Source of the DNA: an uncultured Ignavibacteriota bacterium | Lineage (GTDB): Bacteria > Bacteroidota > Ignavibacteria > UBA10030 > UBA8401 | Assembly (NCBI GenBank): GCA_903884005.1 | Contig: CAISDA010000040.1 | Coordinates: 1,539 to 65,538, forward strand | DNA: 64,000 nt | Direction of reading: 5' to 3' | Part shown: positions 59,478-64,000 of the stretch, one piece after another | How the letters are laid out: every line of letters starts with the position of its first letter | Position numbering within the stretch: the first letter of the stretch is position 1 | Made by a program: the position numbers and the translations under genes | Notes under the pieces: model-generated | Told to the model about the DNA's origin: nothing | What the model saw: the letters and a program-made list of their open reading frames with translations, nothing else | Databases searched by the model: none

Positions 59478-61703
59478 TTACGGAGTCACCGGATCATTGG
59501 CGCCGCCGGTCAGACGATTGATCGTCTTCAGGGCCTCCGACTTCACCTCCGGCGCATGCGATGCATCGGCGATGACAACACGGCACGCATCGATGAATTC
59601 ATCGCGCCGTGAAGAGAACGAATACCAGCCCATCGCTTCGATCGCGGCCGTGCGGACACGCGGATTATTTTTCATGTTCGTTGCGATGTTCACCAGCGCG
59701 GGTATCGCTTTCCGGTAATTGTACAGGCGGAACGTTCTGATCGTCGATACGCGCGCTTTCACCGACAGCGTATCGCTCAGGCTCAACGGGATCAGGTCGG
59801 AATCCACACGCGACCGTGAATACGCTAGAGAGCGCTTGAACGACGAAAGGAACGCCGTTTTCTGCGAACCATCGGCGACAGTACCTACCGTCCCCTGGAG
59901 CGACTCCGCCATAACGTCGAGACCGATCTTATCCATTGCATTGTGCGCGCCATACCGTACGCGCTCCGACGGGTCTGTCATTGCCGCCTTCAGGATCGCG
60001 GGTGCAAATTCCGATTTGCCTATCTCCCCCATCCACATGACGGACATCCGGCGAATGAACTCGTACGGATCGTCGATCCCTGCGGCCAGGGCCTTCTCGA
60101 ACGACGCGGAGCGCAGTGCCGCGAGACACTTCAAGGCAGACATCCGCACGTTGAACGAGGGATCGGCCTCGAAGATGGAGAGCAGTTCCTTATCAAACGC
60201 CTTCCCTTCGTTCTCGAACACCATGGTCACAGCCAGCGCGCGGAGCGTCACGTCTTGTTCCGTCAGCATTTTTCTCCACACGGCGTTGTCGCGCCTTTTC
60301 GTCGAGAGCAATGATTGAATGTCGGTTGTCGACCGGGACGTAAAACGAAATGTGGGATCGCCGATGATATGCGTCTCGAGCGCAGTGCGGAACCGATGCC
60401 ACGATCCGATGCGAACTCCGTACCCGTACAATCCGATCAATTCAGTCGACCATATATCCTGGAGGATATTGACGGAATTTCCCGCGGCGGCGACGGTTCT
60501 CCCGTTCCCGAATACGTATTTTCCGGCCATATAATCGAGTTCATGGAAACTGCCGTTAAAGCATTCGTCGAACATGACGAAATACGGCTGCGGCGCAATT
60601 CCGTCTATGTCTGCGGGATGGATATCCTGCTTTTCATCGTCAACGGAATCTGCAATCGTGACCGAATCGGTGAACGCGTCGGCGAACCATTCTCTTGGAA
60701 TTTTGTAATCGTCGGCGAAATGGCTGAGTTCCGCATCGGTCGATTTCTTGTGTCGTTTTGCAGTACGCAATTTTGACCGGACGAACCTCTTGATCGCCTG
60801 TATGTTGTGGTCCATCATGAACGTCGGCGGCTCGCCAACGATCAACTGGGCATCGACGGCGCCGTGCGCATGAAAGATCGCCAGATCCAGATCGGGATTC
60901 TGTAATTTCTGGAGCAGGACCGCTTTCATTTCATGATCGCTCGCATAATTAAGATTCTGGATTTTCCCCCCCGGCTGATAGAGCGAAGGAAACATCTCTC
61001 TCATCGCGAAACTGTTGCCTTCCCACGACGACAGCGACTCTGAATGATACCCGTGTCCGGTAAAGACGAGGGCATTATCCAGAACCCGGTGCTCCTTCTT
61101 TTCTTTGACAAGGCGCTCGAAATATTTTTTCAGCAGAGCATATTTCTTCTCGCCTTCAACGGGCGCTTTAATGCGTCCGCTGTACATGTCGCGGTCGACG
61201 CGCTGCGGCGATTCCGCATCGAGTGAGTAGTAGAAATACAGCTTCCGCACAGAATCCTGTTTCACGAACGTGAATTTCAATTCCAGATCGTCATAGAACC
61301 TGTCCGAAGGCACCGACGAGCGGATCCACGCCGCCTCCGGCGCCAATTTGAACGCGGTCGTCATATGCTGCGCATCCCGGATCATCGGTATCGGGATGTC
61401 GCCGACAAGCGCGAATCCTTCCAATCCGGGTTTCTTGCCGTAGAGCTCTGTGATGACCTGTTTCACCTGCTCGGGATTCTTCCAATCGTCGATGACAATA
61501 TAGGATGGGAGTCCGTCCTGTTCAACACTCGTCCGATACGCATCCACTGCATCGCCGATCGTGCGGTACGTCGCCGCGTCCACAATGATCGCAAATGTTG
61601 ATGCGCCTGTTGTGGTCGGCTTTTTGATCGTAACTTCGGCGTCAAGAGAGCCGACAATGCAACATAGTACTACTCCAAGCGCTATACGCTTCATAACAAA
61701 CAC
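59478..61703 (-). CDS. Secreted clan-CD (caspase / gingipain C25 / clostripain-like) cysteine peptidase homolog with C-terminal HEAT/PBS-lyase repeats
   Basis: Signal peptide; His-Gly and Cys dyad each preceded by a hydrophobic strand (LAIFHAHGAVD; YFVMFDECFNGSF). C-terminal HEAT repeats (DPSERVRYGAHNAMDKIG; NPRVRTAAIEAMGW). Confidence 0.55.
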   Translation of the reverse strand: MFVMKRIALGVVLCCIVGSLDAEVTIKKPTTTGASTFAIIVDAATYRTIGDAVDAYRTSVEQDGLPSYIVIDDWKNPEQVKQVITELYGKKPGLEGFALVGDIPIPMIRDAQHMTTAFKLAPEAAWIRSSVPSDRFYDDLELKFTFVKQDSVRKLYFYYSLDAESPQRVDRDMYSGRIKAPVEGEKKYALLKKYFERLVKEKKEHRVLDNALVFTGHGYHSESLSSWEGNSFAMREMFPSLYQPGGKIQNLNYASDHEMKAVLLQKLQNPDLDLAIFHAHGAVDAQLIVGEPPTFMMDHNIQAIKRFVRSKLRTAKRHKKSTDAELSHFADDYKIPREWFADAFTDSVTIADSVDDEKQDIHPADIDGIAPQPYFVMFDECFNGSFHELDYMAGKYVFGNGRTVAAAGNSVNILQDIWSTELIGLYGYGVRIGSWHRFRTALETHIIGDPTFRFTSRSTTDIQSLLSTKRRDNAVWRKMLTEQDVTLRALAVTMVFENEGKAFDKELLSIFEADPSFNVRMSALKCLAALRSASFEKALAAGIDDPYEFIRRMSVMWMGEIGKSEFAPAILKAAMTDPSERVRYGAHNAMDKIGLDVMAESLQGTVGTVADGSQKTAFLSSFKRSLAYSRSRVDSDLIPLSLSDTLSVKARVSTIRTFRLYNYRKAIPALVNIATNMKNNPRVRTAAIEAMGWYSFSSRRDEFIDACRVVIADASHAPEVKSEALKTINRLTGGANDPVTP

Positions 61704-61730
61704 CCTTCATGTGGAATATGTATAAATATT

Positions 61731-63591
61731 TTATTTCAGGAGCAGCATTTTCTTCGAAGCGGCAAAGGACCCTGCTTCGATGCGGTACATGTACATGCCG
61801 CTCGAGACCCGGGCTCCGTTATTGTTTTTGCCGTTCCACGTCGTTTCAAAATATCCCGCGTTCATCATGCCGTCGACGAGCGTGCACACTTCGCGGCCAA
61901 GCATGTCATAGACCGCGAGCTTCGCCATCGATTGCTGCGGCAGCGCAAAGCGGATCTGTGTTGTCGGGTTGAATGGGTTCGGATAATTATTGCCGAGTTC
62001 GTATGCCGTCGGTAATCCGTTGTGCACACTGTTTACGCCTGTGGCCTTAAGGGGCTTTGTGATGCTTTCATCGGCGCCCATATAGGGTAATGTCGCGCTC
62101 CGGGTATCTCCGTCGATATCAGTGGTAATGCCGAGCCCGGTCGTTCCGGCTAAATTCGAATTGCCGAGTGAGGCGCCGGCGAGATGAAGATCGGTCGATG
62201 AAACAAACACCACGGTATCGGTCTTCGAATTGGCATCGCCGGCCGACGCCGTCTGCCAATTGGCGAGCGAGATCTGCGCAACGGTTAAAAATCCAATGCG
62301 TCCGCTGACCGTCGAAATGTCGTTGTAGTCCGAGAGCAGTGTCGCAGTGGTCGTATTTTTATAGATCCCATACGACGACGTCGTGTTGTACGTATTGACG
62401 ATAATATTGTTTTTGAGCGTCACCTTTGTGACCGAACCGACAAACACACCGGCCACATTCCCTGTCGTATTGCAATTTGACGACAGCATGATCGTGTTGT
62501 GATACACGTTATACGTTCCCGAATCGGACGTGGCGCCTAAGGACATCGCATACTGCGCTGCCGTCGGAACGGTCGTGGTATAGAGATCGACCATGTCACC
62601 GATGAAATTATTATAAATATTTACCACCGTTGTGGGCGATCCCACAGTACAGGAGATCGCATTCGATCCCGAAGAGGCGGCATTCGATTTCAGCGTCACG
62701 ATTTTATTATTAAACACATTGGCGGTGCCGGCAAGAGTCCGCAATTGGATCCCATAGACGCTGAATGATGTTGCAATGGAAGGCGATGTTACCTTGTTGC
62801 CCGATATTTCAATGAATTTGCCCGCGGCGCCTAAATAATAGGCATAAATTCCTCTCCAGCGCGAGGTGACGGCATTATTCTTCACGGTCACCGATGTGCC
62901 ATAGATCTGAGGGGCTGTGATGTATCCCTGGATGCTGACGCCATACGTCGGCATGACAACCGTATCGGCGATCTGGCAATTCTCGATGGTGAAATTATCG
63001 GTCGCTCCCGCCGCCGTGCCGATCACGTTGATCGCGGAAGTCGGATCGCCCGCATTGACATTGGGATAAATTGCCTGGTAGAGCAGCTTTGTGTTCTTGA
63101 TGGAGATATTGTCGCAGTTCCCGTAGATGTTCACCACATTTCTGCCGGCCGCGACATCGCTGATCTGAAACGTCAGATCCCTTGTCGCTCCGCTCGCGGT
63201 ATTCGACCCGTCGATCGTGATGTAACTGGTGCACGAATCGGTAAAGCCGCTGTATTGATTGGCTCCGGAGGCGGAGGAACATCCGCTGATAGTGACAACC
63301 GGCGATTTCCCCGCGGCGGGTTTGAATGTAACGGTATTGGCAGCCGTTGGCGCATTGGTCACGGCCTTGATCAGCAGAGTGGCGCCGGTTTCAGCATACG
63401 CCGCGTCTGTAAGCGAAAAAACAACCGGTCCCGAAACACCATTGGCATTTAAGGCCGCGATCGCCGCGGCGATCGTGGTATAATCTCCGCCGGTGCCGAC
63501 TGTTTTTGTGCCGCTCAACTGCGCGTTACCCGCCACTGCATATGCAAGCACCAGTAATGTCACACGCGTCATGTATCGGAAGAATCTCATG
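61731..63591 (-). CDS. Secreted right-handed parallel beta-helix repeat protein with type IX secretion C-terminal sorting domain
   Basis: Signal peptide; repetitive N/G/T-rich beta-helix-like segments (NxxGxxxV...). C-terminus NYPNPFNPTTQIRFAL...YMYRIEAGSFAASKKMLLLK. Start trimmed to MRFFRY with an AGGAG RBS. Confidence 0.75.
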
Positions 63592-63645
63592 AGTGTTTCT
63601 CCTTTGAATGATAAAAAGTTATTTCGGTTTGTAGTATTCAAATAT

Positions 63646-64000
63646 TTATTTCATCAAGATCATTCTCTTTGCCGCCGTCAGGCCGGATGAAGTGAGTGTA
63701 TAGAAATAGACGCCGCTGGAGAGCGCATGCGCATCGAACACCGCTGAGTATCTTCCCGCTTCGTGCATGCCGAGGGAGAGTGTCGCAACTTCCTGCCCAA
63801 GCATGTTGAACACTTTTAAGGTCATCACTCCGCGTGTGGATGTCGAATACTTGATCGTCGTCGACGGATTAAAAGGGTTGGGATAATTCTGGTCCAGTGA
63901 GAATGTGCCCGGCACCGTACTTGCAGACGTAACACTCGTCGACGGGGCGTCCGTAAACACATTGCCGATCGACGTGCAGATCCACGCACTGCCGTCCGGT
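63646..64000 (-). CDS. Type IX secretion C-terminal-domain protein (N-terminal part lies beyond the window end)
   Basis: C-terminal region QNYPNPFNPSTTIKYS...GVYFYTLTSSGLTAAKRMILMK. The ORF runs off the window edge. Confidence 0.7.
   Translation of the reverse strand, partial: PDGSAWICTSIGNVFTDAPSTSVTSASTVPGTFSLDQNYPNPFNPSTTIKYSTSTRGVMTLKVFNMLGQEVATLSLGMHEAGRYSAVFDAHALSSGVYFYTLTSSGLTAAKRMILMK

Noticed and set aside
1-64000. CRISPR arrays, transposases, integrases, toxin-antitoxin or restriction-modification genes
   Set aside because: None were detected by eye. The only repeats are the short families described above.

Overview
This 64 kb window is high-GC (roughly 58-60%) bacterial chromosome, densely coding and dominated by housekeeping operons. 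Three proteins end in the type IX secretion C-terminal sorting domain (NYPNPFNP...) and a BshC bacillithiol gene is present, so the organism is probably a non-Bacteroidia member of the Fibrobacteres-Chlorobi-Bacteroidetes (FCB) group, in the Chlorobi / Ignavibacteria / Rhodothermaeota range. Four candidate promoters fit a sigma70-like consensus (-35 TTGACT-like, 16-17 nt spacer, -10 TATTTT/TATATT) rather than Bacteroidia-type promoters.

Housekeeping content, in order along the window:
- rimP-nusA-infB-rbfA-truB-ribF-rpsO-pnp, then aroA.
- yqeY-cvpA-mutS2, then purL.
- A minus-strand operon purS-purQ-tatA-tatA-gatA-sucD.
- pssA-psd.
- nif3-like / zinc-ribbon / rnhA, then RNase P RNA (rnpB), then recJ, yebC, ruvC, ruvA.
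- prs-rplY(ctc)-pth, rpsF-rpsR-rplI, argH.
- An M16 zinc peptidase and three type IX secretion cargo proteins at the window edges.
- RNA genes: tRNA-Leu(GAG), a tandem pair tRNA-Ser(GGA) / tRNA-Ser(CGA), and RNase P RNA.

No CRISPR array, integrase, transposase or recognisable defence genes are present.

Most unusual loci:
1. A five-gene same-strand cluster (3140-8658): ornithine carbamoyltransferase, carbamate kinase, an aspartate-carbamoyltransferase-type paralog, ornithine aminotransferase and a 444-aa P-loop NTPase of the cyclic-2,3-diphosphoglycerate-synthetase-like family. This is a carbamoyl-phosphate-centred module of unclear direction and substrate set, preceded by a roughly 400-nt leader, tandem 18-bp repeats and a sigma70-like promoter.
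2. An E. coli Pol II-like family B DNA polymerase (782 aa) sitting alone next to two tandem tRNA-Ser genes, with an apparently non-canonical exonuclease motif II.
3. A succinyl-CoA synthetase alpha subunit (SucD) carrying a roughly 70-aa Lys/Ala/Pro histone H1-like tail.
4. A roughly 160-190 bp element resembling a miniature inverted-repeat transposable element (MITE), in two copies (39.3 kb and 59.3 kb).
5. Short dispersed repeats flanking purL and a 42-bp tandem duplication downstream of it.
6. Two near-identical GTCCCG...CGGGAC+U8 hairpins placed about 15 nt upstream of the rimP and nif3 start codons with no co-directional upstream gene; these look like leader attenuators.
7. A secreted clan-CD caspase-like protease fused to HEAT repeats.
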